Source: Kiritimatiellia bacterium (GTDB lineage Bacteria; Verrucomicrobiota; Kiritimatiellia; CAIVKH01). Taken from it: 64,000 bases of DNA. Positions 1 through 8,537 of this stretch are shown here, in pieces. Position 1 is the stretch's first letter, and every line of letters begins with the position of its first letter. The translations under genes and the position numbers were made by a program. The stretch is from contig JBDHQM010000003.1 of NCBI GenBank assembly GCA_039807095.1, forward strand, positions 24,620 through 88,619, in the 5' to 3' direction. The notes under the pieces were generated by a model that did no database searches, was not told the origin of the DNA, and was given only the letters and a program-made list of their open reading frames with translations.

Positions 1-2
1 CC

Positions 3-197
3 TGGCCCCTTGCACTGGCGGGCTATAACGCTGGCGAGGGGCGCGTTGGGAGCGCGTTGAAAAAACAGAACGCCACAACTTTTGAAGAAATTGCAGATGT
101 CTTGCCCCTCGAAACACGAATGTATGTGCCCAAGATAGACGCCGTCATTCAGCGCCGTGAGGGGAAAGAACTCACCCGCCTGCCCGCCCCGCACTGA
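3..197 (+). CDS. Lytic transglycosylase (SLT/GH23 domain), C-terminal fragment; 5' end outside window
   Basis: Frame 3 from the window edge reads WPLALAGYNAGEGRVGSALKKQNATTFEEIADVLPLETRMYVPKIDAVIQRR..., with the AGYNAG motif typical of SLT enzymes. TGA at 195-197, hairpin terminator downstream. Confidence 0.6.
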   Translation, partial: WPLALAGYNAGEGRVGSALKKQNATTFEEIADVLPLETRMYVPKIDAVIQRREGKELTRLPAPH

Positions 198-250
198 TGC
201 GTGCAGACATCGCGCAGCCCTCCAGTAGGACTTTCAGAGTCCTGCTGAAG

Positions 251-279
251 CCGCCCTCGTTGAGGGCGGGTGTTCTTTT
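251..279 (+). terminator. Rho-independent terminator
   Basis: CCGCCCTC / GAGGGCGG stem (251-269) followed by the T-rich tract tgttctttt. Confidence 0.6.
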
Positions 280-652
280 CCGCGATCAACGCGGCCACAG
301 TTGCGTGTGACACTGTATCGAGCCGTTGTCCGGAGGGCCACGTTATACCTGCCCGCAATGCTACGCATAGGCGTTGCAGGCGGGTTGTGGCCGGAAATAA
401 TTCAAAATATCTGGAGTGACGCGTCTGCGGCGAAGCGCGGATCGCTCAATGGGTGGTCGGATGGAGAGGATGATATTTGCGTAACAGGCTGTGTTTCATT
501 GGGTTGTGTGTGTGAATTTATGGAGGGCGACGGAGCGGTCGAAGGGGCAAAAAAAGGATTAAAAAACTCGATTAATGCTTTACAAAACTTTGGTGATTTG
601 CGAGCCTCAATCCATGTTTTTGAGCACTCTTAAATAAGGAGGCAGGTAGGAA

Positions 653-1432
653 ATGAAAAAAGTATTAGTAATGTTGGTTGCGGCTTCGCTTGTCGCAACG
701 GGAGCGTTCGCGGCGAATCTCGCTTCGGACAATGCTTCGGATGTCGCGTATGCCGGCGGTTGGGCAAATGCGTCGAATGGTGGCTCGGGCTTCACGGCTT
801 GGTCCATCACGTCGGACAATGGCACGGGATTCGCGGGCACGTTTGTCGGTGATCCGGCCAACGGCGGCATCGTGGGTATGAGCGCTTCGTCATGGGGCCA
901 GTATGCGAACCCGGACGGATCGGGTGCGTACGTCAACTCCGACCGTGGTTTCACGGGCGGTGCGTTGTCCGTCGGTCAGACCTTCAGCTTTGACTGGGGT
1001 GTGAACTGGGACAGCAACGGCTCAGGCAACAAGGGTTGGAACCTCTATTCCGGTGGCGTCGGTGGCACACAGCTCATCAACGTCAACATGGGCGGCACGG
1101 GAACCATCACGATTGATGATGGCAGTGGCGCTGCGACGTTGTTCGCGAACTACGGCACAGCCGTCATGACGATCAATGTCGAGCAGCTCGTTGGCGGTCT
1201 TCGCATCTATGCGACGGGTCGCGACGGGATTGAGGCCTATGACAACACCTTCGCGGGTGTGTCGGGCGTTGATTCGTTCCGCTTCTATTCGAGCAACTTG
1301 TCCAACGACACGGGTGACAACCGTCAGCAGTACATCAACAATCTGGCCGTTGTGCCGGAGCCGTCCACGATTGTGTTGGGCGTTGTCGGTGTGCTCGGCT
1401 TGGCGATTGCCCGCCGTCGCGCGGCAAAATAA
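653..1432 (+). CDS. PEP-CTERM sorting-domain secreted protein
   Basis: Signal peptide MKKVLVMLVAASLVATGAFA. C-terminal VPEPSTIVLGVVGVLGLAIARRR matches PEP motif + TM helix + basic tail. AAGGAGG RBS upstream of the ATG. Confidence 0.85.
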   Translation: MKKVLVMLVAASLVATGAFAANLASDNASDVAYAGGWANASNGGSGFTAWSITSDNGTGFAGTFVGDPANGGIVGMSASSWGQYANPDGSGAYVNSDRGFTGGALSVGQTFSFDWGVNWDSNGSGNKGWNLYSGGVGGTQLINVNMGGTGTITIDDGSGAATLFANYGTAVMTINVEQLVGGLRIYATGRDGIEAYDNTFAGVSGVDSFRFYSSNLSNDTGDNRQQYINNLAVVPEPSTIVLGVVGVLGLAIARRRAAK

Positions 1433-1457
1433 TTTCGCTGCATAGCGAAAAACGCAC

Positions 1458-1488
1458 AAAGGCCCGGTCTTCCGGGCCTTTGTTGTTT
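1458..1488 (+). terminator. Rho-independent terminator
   Basis: aaaGGCCCGGtcttCCGGGCCtttgttgttt directly after the PEP-CTERM gene stop. Confidence 0.7.
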
Positions 1489-1512
1489 AACGAAATCTGC
1501 GGTAAATTTGCA

Positions 1513-1695
1513 CTCCCGGAGGTTGGTTCCTCATTCCGCCAACGGAGTGGCTCGCCTTTGCAGGGCCTCCGGCGGGCAAGCCCGCCTACGCAGGGCCTAC
1601 GGCGGGCAAGCCCGCCTACGCAAGGCCTACGGCGGGCAAGCGGAACTACAGCGAACGGGTTTGTGGGGAGGAGTCGCGATTCGCGATTGCGATCG
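1513..1695. repeat. Intergenic repeat family A, long copy (three internal 30-bp tandem units)
   Basis: Shares both ends (ctcccggaggttggttcctcattccgccaacggag ... ggaggagtcgcgattcgcgattgcgatcg) with 1826-1949. Internal 30-nt units at 1554, 1584 and 1614 each carry the hairpin GGCGGG-caag-CCCGCC. Confidence 0.85.
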
Positions 1696-1825
1696 GGATT
1701 GGGGGAACAATGTGCTGCAGGCCGAAGGTGAGGGCTGGTAGGGCGAGCTTTCCAAGCGAGCCGAAAAAATCTGTGTTCGCTTCGGTGCGCGAGGGCGCGC
1801 ACCGCAACACGCGAGGGCGCGTGTG

Positions 1826-1949
1826 CTCCCCGGAGGCTGGTTCCTCATTCCGCCAACGGAGCGGTCCGCCTACGCAAGGCCTACGGCGGGCAAACGGAAC
1901 TACAGCGGGCGGGTCGGTGGGGAGGAGTCGCGATTCGCGATTGCGATCG
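1826..1949. repeat. Intergenic repeat family A, short copy (one 30-bp unit)
   Basis: Near-identical ends to 1513-1695 in the same orientation, about 60 nt shorter because it has only one internal unit. Confidence 0.85.
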
Positions 1950-2092
1950 ATGCGCGCCCACAGAGTGGCCGCGCCACCTCTGTGCAACGCAGCGAGGGTG
2001 AGCCGCGCACTCCGCTGCGCGGCCATACACGCTCACGGCTTGTCACGGCGAGGTTCCGACGGCAACGGGCGGAATGATTTGCGTGCGCGGCG

Positions 2093-3229
2093 CTACTCGA
2101 CCGTTCCGGATTTCAGGTCTCTTCCGAATTGTGATGCGGCGCGGTGCAGCAATTCGGGAGCAAGGCGGAGGGCTTCGCTCAGCGGATAGCGATCAGGGGT
2201 GATGGAGATGGCGCGGGCGATGCCGATCGCGCGGTATTCGGCGGGGGTCAGTTCTATGCGGCCCGCGAGTACGGCGCAGGGGATCCGGTGTTTGCGCGCG
2301 AGGGCGGCGATGCCGGATATGGCTTTGCCGTGAAGCGATTGGTGATCGAATGAACCTTCGCCGGTGAGAATCCAGTCCGCTCCGATGAGGGCATCTTCGA
2401 GAGCGGTTTCGCAAATTACAGTTTCGATTCCCGACTGCGGTGTGGCCCGCATGAATGCGACAGCACCTGCTGCGAGGCCGCCTGCAGCGCCGCCGCCGGT
2501 GAGTGTGAGAATATTGAGTTGGAATTGATCTTGGACGCGTTGGGCGAGATTCCGGAGACCCGCGTCGAGGTGTTCCACTTGAGCGAGTGTTGCGCCTTTT
2601 TGCGGGCCGAAAATATGTGCCGCACCGTCCGGACCGCAGAGGGGATTGGTGACATCGGTGAGGGCGAGGATTGGGGGCAACGCAGATGGTCGCTCCGGCG
2701 GCACGATGGTAGCGATGGAAGAGAGGCTTGCCCCGCAGGGTGTGAGCTCGTTTCCGTCCGCATCGAGAAATCGCCAGCCGAGCGCATTTGCCGCCCCGGT
2801 GCCGCCATCTACGGTGGCGCTGCCGCCGAGTGCGAGGAGGATACGTTCTGCGCCATGATCAACGGCAGCGCGAATGAGTTCGCCGGTGCCGAGGGTGGTG
2901 GTTTCGAGCGGATTGCGCTGATCGGGACGGAGCAGGGTGAGGCCGCTGGCGGAGGCGGTCTCGACAATGGCGGTACGAGTGTCGGGGAGCCAACCGAATC
3001 CGGCGTCCACAATCATGGATGGGAGCGGGCCGGTTGCGGGATATGAAATCCATTCGCCGCTGTGTACGGTGATGAGAGCATCGGCGGTACCCTCGCCGCC
3101 GTCGGCGACGGGTTTTTCGATACAGAGGAGGGCGGGATTGGCTTCGGTAAGGGCCTGTGCGGCAATACGGCAGGCGAGGTGGGCGGGGAGCGAGCCTTTG
3201 AAGGAATCGAACGCGAGGACGATTTTCAT
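2093..3229 (-). CDS. glxK: Glycerate kinase
   Basis: 378 aa starting MKIVLAFDSFKGSL, the classic glycerate kinase N-terminus. Gly-rich segments (GGSATVDGG, GGGAAGG) throughout. Confidence 0.9.
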   Translation of the reverse strand: MKIVLAFDSFKGSLPAHLACRIAAQALTEANPALLCIEKPVADGGEGTADALITVHSGEWISYPATGPLPSMIVDAGFGWLPDTRTAIVETASASGLTLLRPDQRNPLETTTLGTGELIRAAVDHGAERILLALGGSATVDGGTGAANALGWRFLDADGNELTPCGASLSSIATIVPPERPSALPPILALTDVTNPLCGPDGAAHIFGPQKGATLAQVEHLDAGLRNLAQRVQDQFQLNILTLTGGGAAGGLAAGAVAFMRATPQSGIETVICETALEDALIGADWILTGEGSFDHQSLHGKAISGIAALARKHRIPCAVLAGRIELTPAEYRAIGIARAISITPDRYPLSEALRLAPELLHRAASQFGRDLKSGTVE

Positions 3230-3235
3230 AGTCGG

Positions 3236-3730
3236 TCAGTCTTCGCCGATAGCGATGATGCGGTCGTAGGGGGAGGGGGTGCGTACGTGCGAGGTGACTG
3301 ATCGTGCGAGTGCTACGACGCGGTAGCCGGGGTGTTGTTCGACTGTGTCCGGTGCGAGGTCTGCTTTGTGGAGAATCAGTTCCTTCGGGATCGCGCAATT
3401 TTTGCGGAAGGTACGCGGCACGGTGGCGTGAAGTTTTCCGCCGGTGCGCGGCTTGAGTCCGTGAATTTGTTCAGCGGTCTCGTGGGAATAGACGAGTTGC
3501 GGGTTGCCGGTTCGATCGCGTGACCAAAGCGACCATACGACGAGCTCGGGCCAATCGGGTTGCGGGATATCAACGAGGCGATAGATGCCGCGCTGTGCCT
3601 TTTCCCAGTGTCCCTCGCGCGTGTGATAGATATGGAGGCTATCGGGGTAGCCCGCCTCGCTGGCCTGCGCGGCCGTGAAATAGCCCGCTTGTTGGCGGGC
3701 TATGGCGCGAAGTTTTTCCCTCGGCTGCAT
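3236..3730 (-). CDS. AbiEi-like antitoxin-domain protein (no toxin partner)
   Basis: N-terminus LRAIARQQAGYFTAAQASEAGY...RGIYRL matches the AbiEi_4 winged-helix pattern. No AbiEii-like gene follows on this strand. Confidence 0.6.
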   Translation of the reverse strand: MQPREKLRAIARQQAGYFTAAQASEAGYPDSLHIYHTREGHWEKAQRGIYRLVDIPQPDWPELVVWSLWSRDRTGNPQLVYSHETAEQIHGLKPRTGGKLHATVPRTFRKNCAIPKELILHKADLAPDTVEQHPGYRVVALARSVTSHVRTPSPYDRIIAIGED

Positions 3731-3994
3731 ACGGGCGTATTGAACGATAAACAGGCGGCGAAATAAATGTTATTCGGTTTTAGTGATCGGAGAATTGCTC
3801 TGTCGTTAAGTTGGCTGAAACGGGAACACCAGACGATAGAGTGTCTCGCCGGCAGCGCTGTGTGCGCATTGCGGGTGGGTGGAGCCGCAGGACACAAGAA
3901 GGGGTGGTTTACGGCGATGGAACAAAGGTTCTTTGACCTTGTGAAAAGCATAGTATACGTTTAGATTACGAAACCAGTAATCCAAATACCTAAT

Positions 3995-4654
3995 ATGCAG
4001 TCTTTGACTGAAAAATTGTTGAGATTAGCCCCTCCGGGTGGCGTGTGTGACGAGACGGTCGTCTGGAATTTGTTTCCGGACGCTTCCGTTGGAGCACGGC
4101 GACTACTGGTGCATCGGGCGGTGAAAGCCGGTGAGTTAATTCGATTGAAACCCGGTTTGTACGTGCTGGCCCCGGAATTCCGGAAAACGGATGCGCACCC
4201 GTTTGTCCTGGCCGGGCTGTTACACGGGCCGTCATATATCAGTCTGGAATCTGCCTTGAGCTGGCATGGTCTTATTCCAGAGGCCGTGTATCAGGTGGCC
4301 AGTGTGACCTCGGCCCGCAGCAGGACCTTCAAGACCCCTGTGGGCGTGTTTTCTTATCGGCGAGTATCCGCCCGCGATCCGCTGGCGGGCGTGGAGTCGG
4401 CGAAGTTGGATGCCCATGCATGGGCGTTTATTGCCACGCCTTTGCGGGCAATTGCGGATATGGTGTATGTGAATCCGCGTATTGAGTGGGATAAGGATGG
4501 CGTGGATTATTTGACCGAATCTCTTCGCATTGAGTCCGAAGATTTGGCGCGAGTTTCTTTTGCGACGCTCGATTCGATCCGCCGGAGTGTCCGGAGTCGA
4601 AGAGTGCGTGCGTATCTTGATGGATTACATAAGGAATTGAATTGTGGACGCTAA
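3995..4654 (+). CDS. abiEi: Type IV toxin-antitoxin system antitoxin AbiEi
   Basis: 219 aa. LIRLKPGLYVL and SYISLESALSWHGLIPE motifs are typical of AbiEi. 11-nt overlap with the downstream AbiEii gene. Confidence 0.8.
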   Translation: MQSLTEKLLRLAPPGGVCDETVVWNLFPDASVGARRLLVHRAVKAGELIRLKPGLYVLAPEFRKTDAHPFVLAGLLHGPSYISLESALSWHGLIPEAVYQVASVTSARSRTFKTPVGVFSYRRVSARDPLAGVESAKLDAHAWAFIATPLRAIADMVYVNPRIEWDKDGVDYLTESLRIESEDLARVSFATLDSIRRSVRSRRVRAYLDGLHKELNCGR

Positions 4655-5519
4655 TGTTTTTGACGCCCGGTTTCGCAACTATGCCCCGGCTAACGCTGTA
4701 GAGCAGGAGTTAGTATTGCAGGAAATGCTGCAGTGCTTTGTACTGTCGTCGCTTTCACGGGCGGGCTTTTTCAAAGACGCACTTTTTCATGGTGGAACCT
4801 GCCTGCGCATTATTCATGGCATTGCCCGATTTTCTGAGGACCTGAACTTTATGCTCAAGCGGGTCAACCTCTCTTTCGAGTGGACTCCGTATCTGGATGC
4901 CGTACGCAAAGATTGTGAGGCAGGAGGAATTCTCTTTGAAGCAAACGATAGAGTGGCGTCGAAGACTGCGGTGCGCAAAGCGTGGCTCAAGACGGACTCC
5001 ATCGGCACGTTGCTGGAATTTACTCCTCCCTATCCGCGCGTAATGAAACAGAAAATCAGAATTAAGCTAGAGATTGATACACGGCCTCCGGCGGGGTCCG
5101 GCTTCGAGACGCATTATCTTTCATTCCCGACGATGAGCGCGTTAACCGTACAAGATTTACCTTCGTCGTTCGCTACGAAAGCACATGCGTTGTTGTGCCG
5201 TAGCTATACCAAGGGTCGCGACTGGTATGATTTTCTCTGGTTCGTTTCACGCCGGGTCCGCCCCCGGTTGGACGTCTTGGCCAACGCTCTTGACCAACAG
5301 GGCCCATGGGCGGGGCAAGGGATTGACGTGACGGCAGATTGGTTTGTTGCCCAAATGCGCACGGCGGTTGCCGCTATTGATTGGCCAGCTGCAATACGCG
5401 ATGTGGAGCGGTTTTTGCCATTAAGGGAGCAAGAATCTTTGGCGCTCTGGAATGCTGGTTTCTTTTTGTATCATGTAGATCGGATGGCTGATTATTTGAC
5501 GGCAGGGAGTAAGGAGTAA
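4644..5519 (+). CDS. abiEii: AbiEii/AbiGii-family nucleotidyltransferase toxin
   Basis: LFHGGTCLRIIHGIARFSEDLNF matches the GGTaL...RfSeDlDF signature of DUF1814/AbiEii. Confidence 0.85.
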   Translation: MDANVFDARFRNYAPANAVEQELVLQEMLQCFVLSSLSRAGFFKDALFHGGTCLRIIHGIARFSEDLNFMLKRVNLSFEWTPYLDAVRKDCEAGGILFEANDRVASKTAVRKAWLKTDSIGTLLEFTPPYPRVMKQKIRIKLEIDTRPPAGSGFETHYLSFPTMSALTVQDLPSSFATKAHALLCRSYTKGRDWYDFLWFVSRRVRPRLDVLANALDQQGPWAGQGIDVTADWFVAQMRTAVAAIDWPAAIRDVERFLPLREQESLALWNAGFFLYHVDRMADYLTAGSKE

Positions 5520-5557
5520 TCAGATGGGAACGACGATACGATGATGCGGGTTCCCGA

Positions 5558-6337
5558 GTGATGAAGGCAGGCTTTTGGAGAATGGGGTCGGGGACGCCGA
5601 TGTGGGTGCGGGGGGTGCACACGCTGGTTGTTCTGCTTCTGCTTTCGGTCGGGCTCTATTTCGCTTTCGCAGAGATTGCGTATCACTGGAACTGGTCGGG
5701 CGTCTGGAGGTACCGCGCCCGCTTCGTGGACGGATGGCTTACGACGCTGGGTATTTCGGCCGCCGCGCTGGCGCTGAGTACGCTCATCGGCCTCGTGGCC
5801 GCGCTCGCGCGGCGGTCAAAGTTTCTTCCGTTCCGCCAAGCGGCGCTCGTGTATGTCGAATTGATTCGCGGGACGCCGCTGCTGGTTCAGATTCTGATTT
5901 TCTTTTACGTCGTCGCAAACGCATTTGGCCTGCACAGCCGCTTTCTCGCGGGTGTGTTGATTCTCTCGCTGTTCGCGGGGGCCTACATTTCCGAAATCAT
6001 CCGTAGCGGCATCGAAAGTGTCGGCGCGAGTCAGCTCGAGTCGGCCCGCGCCATCGGGCTGACGCCCGCGCAGACCTATCGCCACGTCATTTTCCCGCAG
6101 GCGATCCGCCAGATGCTGCCACCGCTCTCCGGCCAGTTTGTCTCGCTCGTGAAGGATTCGTCGCTTCTGAGCATCATCTCCATCAGCGAGTTCACGCTCA
6201 GCGCGCAGCAGGTGAACAGCTACACGTACAGCGCCCTCGAAAGCTATCTTCCGCTTGCGATCGGCTATCTCATCGTCACTCTCCCGATTTCCTGGTTCAG
6301 CCGCTCACTCGAAAAACGGTTCCGCTATGAAACTTGA
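5558..6337 (+). CDS. Amino-acid ABC transporter permease (His/Glu/Gln/Arg type)
   Basis: Multi-TM protein with the EAA-like loop ESARAIGLTPAQTYRHVIFPQA. Stop overlaps the ATPase gene start. Exact start uncertain. Confidence 0.85.
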   Translation: MMKAGFWRMGSGTPMWVRGVHTLVVLLLLSVGLYFAFAEIAYHWNWSGVWRYRARFVDGWLTTLGISAAALALSTLIGLVAALARRSKFLPFRQAALVYVELIRGTPLLVQILIFFYVVANAFGLHSRFLAGVLILSLFAGAYISEIIRSGIESVGASQLESARAIGLTPAQTYRHVIFPQAIRQMLPPLSGQFVSLVKDSSLLSIISISEFTLSAQQVNSYTYSALESYLPLAIGYLIVTLPISWFSRSLEKRFRYET

Positions 6338-7055
6338 GCTGAGCGACATCCATAAATCGTTTGGCGGACAACCCGTCCTGCGCGACGTCTCGCTCGATGT
6401 TGAGGGCCGCGCGATTGTTCTCATCGGCCCGTCTGGCGGCGGGAAGTCCACGCTGCTGCGTATTCTCGCCGGACTCGACCATCCGGACGGCGGTGCTGTG
6501 TGTTTCGACGGCGATGCGCTGGAGTTCCGCGAGGAGGCGCTGCGCGCGCATCGCCGCCGCGTCGGCGTTGTGTTCCAAGCCGCGAATCTCTTCCCGCACC
6601 TCACCGCGCTCGAAAATATTACGCTGCCGCTCACGAAGGTGCACGGTCAGCCGCCGCGCGAGGCGCGCGCGGCGGCGATGGAGTTGTTGGAGCGGTTTCA
6701 ACTCGCCGATCACGCGCACAAAAAACCAGCACAGCTCTCCGGCGGACAGCGCCAGCGCGTGGCGATTGTGCGCGCCGTTGCGATTCGCCCGAAATTCCTC
6801 CTGTTCGACGAGCCGACCAGTGCGCTGGACCCGGAAATGACGGCCGAGGTGCTCGACATGATTGTCGAGCTCCGCGCCGAGGGCCGCGACCTGATTCTCG
6901 TCACGCATCACCTCGCCTTTGCGCGAAAGGTGGCCGACCACATCGCGTTTCTCGCCGACGGTCGGATTCTGGAGCACGCGCCGGGAGTGCAGCTCTTCGA
7001 CGCGCCGCGCGAGGCGACGGTGATTCGCTTTCTTGAACGCGTTTTGAAATACTGA
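6327..7055 (+). CDS. Amino-acid ABC transporter ATP-binding protein (GlnQ-like)
   Basis: Walker A GPSGGGKST, signature LSGGQRQRVAI, Walker B LLFDEPTSALD. Start placed at ATG 6327 (MKLELSDIHKSFGG) rather than the ORF-track start at 6255. Confidence 0.9.
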   Translation: MKLELSDIHKSFGGQPVLRDVSLDVEGRAIVLIGPSGGGKSTLLRILAGLDHPDGGAVCFDGDALEFREEALRAHRRRVGVVFQAANLFPHLTALENITLPLTKVHGQPPREARAAAMELLERFQLADHAHKKPAQLSGGQRQRVAIVRAVAIRPKFLLFDEPTSALDPEMTAEVLDMIVELRAEGRDLILVTHHLAFARKVADHIAFLADGRILEHAPGVQLFDAPREATVIRFLERVLKY

Positions 7056-7060
7056 TCGCC

Positions 7061-7918
7061 ATGAACATCCTTCTCCTCGGCTCATCCGGATTCGTCGGAC
7101 GCGAAATCCGGCGCACCTTTGAAAACGGACACACCGTCATCCCCGTCAGTCGGAGCGGCGGCCGCGACTCGCGCGCGGTGGATATCCGCGATGCCGCCGC
7201 GCTGCGTGCGCTAGTGGATGAAGCCGCGCCGGATGCCGTTCTCCTCGTCGCCGCGTATCGCGAGCCCGATTTCTGCGAGGAGCATCCGGAAGAGGCGCGG
7301 CGGTTGAACGTCGAGCCCGCGCGCGTCCTTGCCGAACACCTACCTGCTGCTATGCGCTTGCTTTTCGTGAGCACGGACTACGTTTTTGACGGCGAGAATC
7401 CGCCGTATGTCGAAACGGACCCCGTGTCGCCCGTCAGTGTGTACGGCGCGACGAAGGCGGAGGCGGAGGCGATTCTCGCGCAGCGCGTGAATACGACGAT
7501 TCTCCGGATCCCGCTCCAAATCGGCGGCGGAGTGGACCTCGCCGACTGTGGATTCATCGGTCAGATGGTCGAGGCGATTCAATCGCGGAAGCCACAGCAG
7601 CTCGACGATGTGCTGCTGCGTTTTCCGACCTGGACGCGCGACGTCGCGGGCGCGATTCGATTCCTCGTTGAGAAGAAGCTCGACGGCATCTACCACTACA
7701 GCACGCCGACCGGCGCGACGCGCTACGCACTGACGCTCGAAGTTGCCCAACTCATCGGTCAGCCGCATGACCACCTCGCGCCGTCGAAAGAAATTATTCA
7801 GCGCAAGGCGCGACGCCCGTTCAACAGCCAGTTGAGCGACACCAAAATTCGCGCCGCCGACTACACGCGCCACACCGACTTCGCGACTGTCGTGAAGACC
7901 GTTCTCAGCGAGTTGTAA
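7061..7918 (+). CDS. SDR-family NAD(P)-dependent reductase, RmlD (dTDP-4-dehydrorhamnose reductase)-like
   Basis: GSSGFVG Rossmann motif, STDYVFDG and YGATKAEAE (YxxxK) as in the RmlD substrate-binding domain. Confidence 0.7.
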   Translation: MNILLLGSSGFVGREIRRTFENGHTVIPVSRSGGRDSRAVDIRDAAALRALVDEAAPDAVLLVAAYREPDFCEEHPEEARRLNVEPARVLAEHLPAAMRLLFVSTDYVFDGENPPYVETDPVSPVSVYGATKAEAEAILAQRVNTTILRIPLQIGGGVDLADCGFIGQMVEAIQSRKPQQLDDVLLRFPTWTRDVAGAIRFLVEKKLDGIYHYSTPTGATRYALTLEVAQLIGQPHDHLAPSKEIIQRKARRPFNSQLSDTKIRAADYTRHTDFATVVKTVLSEL

Positions 7919-7937
7919 TTTTCGGGAAACAGCGCGT

Positions 7938-8222
7938 TTATTCGTAGTGCGTCCACATGCGCAGGACTTTCACCGTTTTGATGTCATCGAGGATCTGATA
8001 GACGAGGCGGTGTTGAATGTTGATGCGGCGCGAGCATGCGCCGGTCAGGTCGCCGACAAGTTTTTCAAAAGGCGGCGGCGTCTGGTACGGATTTTTCGCG
8101 AGAATTTCCAGGAGGCGTTCGGCGGAAGGCCGCAATCCGCTTCGCGCGAGCTTTTTCGCATCGCGTCGTGCCTGCGAAGTATAGACGACGGTCCAGCTCA
8201 CCAGCCGGGACTCGTTCGGCAT
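7938..8222 (-). CDS. yoeB: Type II toxin YoeB/Txe family
   Basis: C-terminal SRRINIQHRLVYQI...VKVLRMWTHYE matches the YoeB signature. Overlaps the upstream yefM by 25 nt. Confidence 0.85.
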   Translation of the reverse strand: MPNESRLVSWTVVYTSQARRDAKKLARSGLRPSAERLLEILAKNPYQTPPPFEKLVGDLTGACSRRINIQHRLVYQILDDIKTVKVLRMWTHYE

Positions 8223-8440
8223 TTGCTGACCGGCGTTTTCAGTCCGCGCTTGATGGATGCCCGCATTCCGGGAATCGCGGAGAGGTAGAGCGTTTCCTGG
8301 ATCGCGCGCCAGTCGTCTTCGGAAATCAGAACTGCCGATGCGCGTTTGCCGACGATCTGCACCGGCGTTCGCGATTCGGCGACCTGGTCCACGAGGGCAT
8401 ACAGTTTATTTCGTGCGCGCGTGGCTGTCATTGTTGTCAT
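8198..8440 (-). CDS. yefM: Type II antitoxin Phd/YefM family
   Basis: ARNKLYALVDQVAESRTPVQIVGKRASAVLISEDDWRAIQETLYL is the typical YefM fold sequence. Confidence 0.85.
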   Translation of the reverse strand: MTTMTATRARNKLYALVDQVAESRTPVQIVGKRASAVLISEDDWRAIQETLYLSAIPGMRASIKRGLKTPVSKCRTSPGW

Positions 8441-8454
8441 GGCTATTTCCCATT

Positions 8455-8472
8455 CGTACGCAATAGCGTACG
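8455..8472. promoter_or_regulatory. Candidate YefM-YoeB operator palindrome
   Basis: CGTACGC-aata-GCGTACG begins 15 nt upstream of the yefM ATG (8440) and has GTAC cores. Confidence 0.45.
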
Positions 8473-8537
8473 TCTTTTACTGCGCGCCGTCAAACCTGTT
8501 TCGCGAATGTGAATGACTGAAATCGCCCGTTGGGGTA

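Noticed and set aside
301-954. ORFs 301-633 (+) and 607-954 (-) near the PEP-CTERM gene
   Set aside because: No motifs. One overlaps the well-supported PEP-CTERM CDS in antisense and the other lies in the AT-richer promoter region.
1480-2189. Several 75-160-aa ORFs between the PEP-CTERM gene and glxK
   Set aside because: They translate repeat family A (reiterated GLRRASPPTQ peptides) on both strands. No RBS or family similarity was seen.
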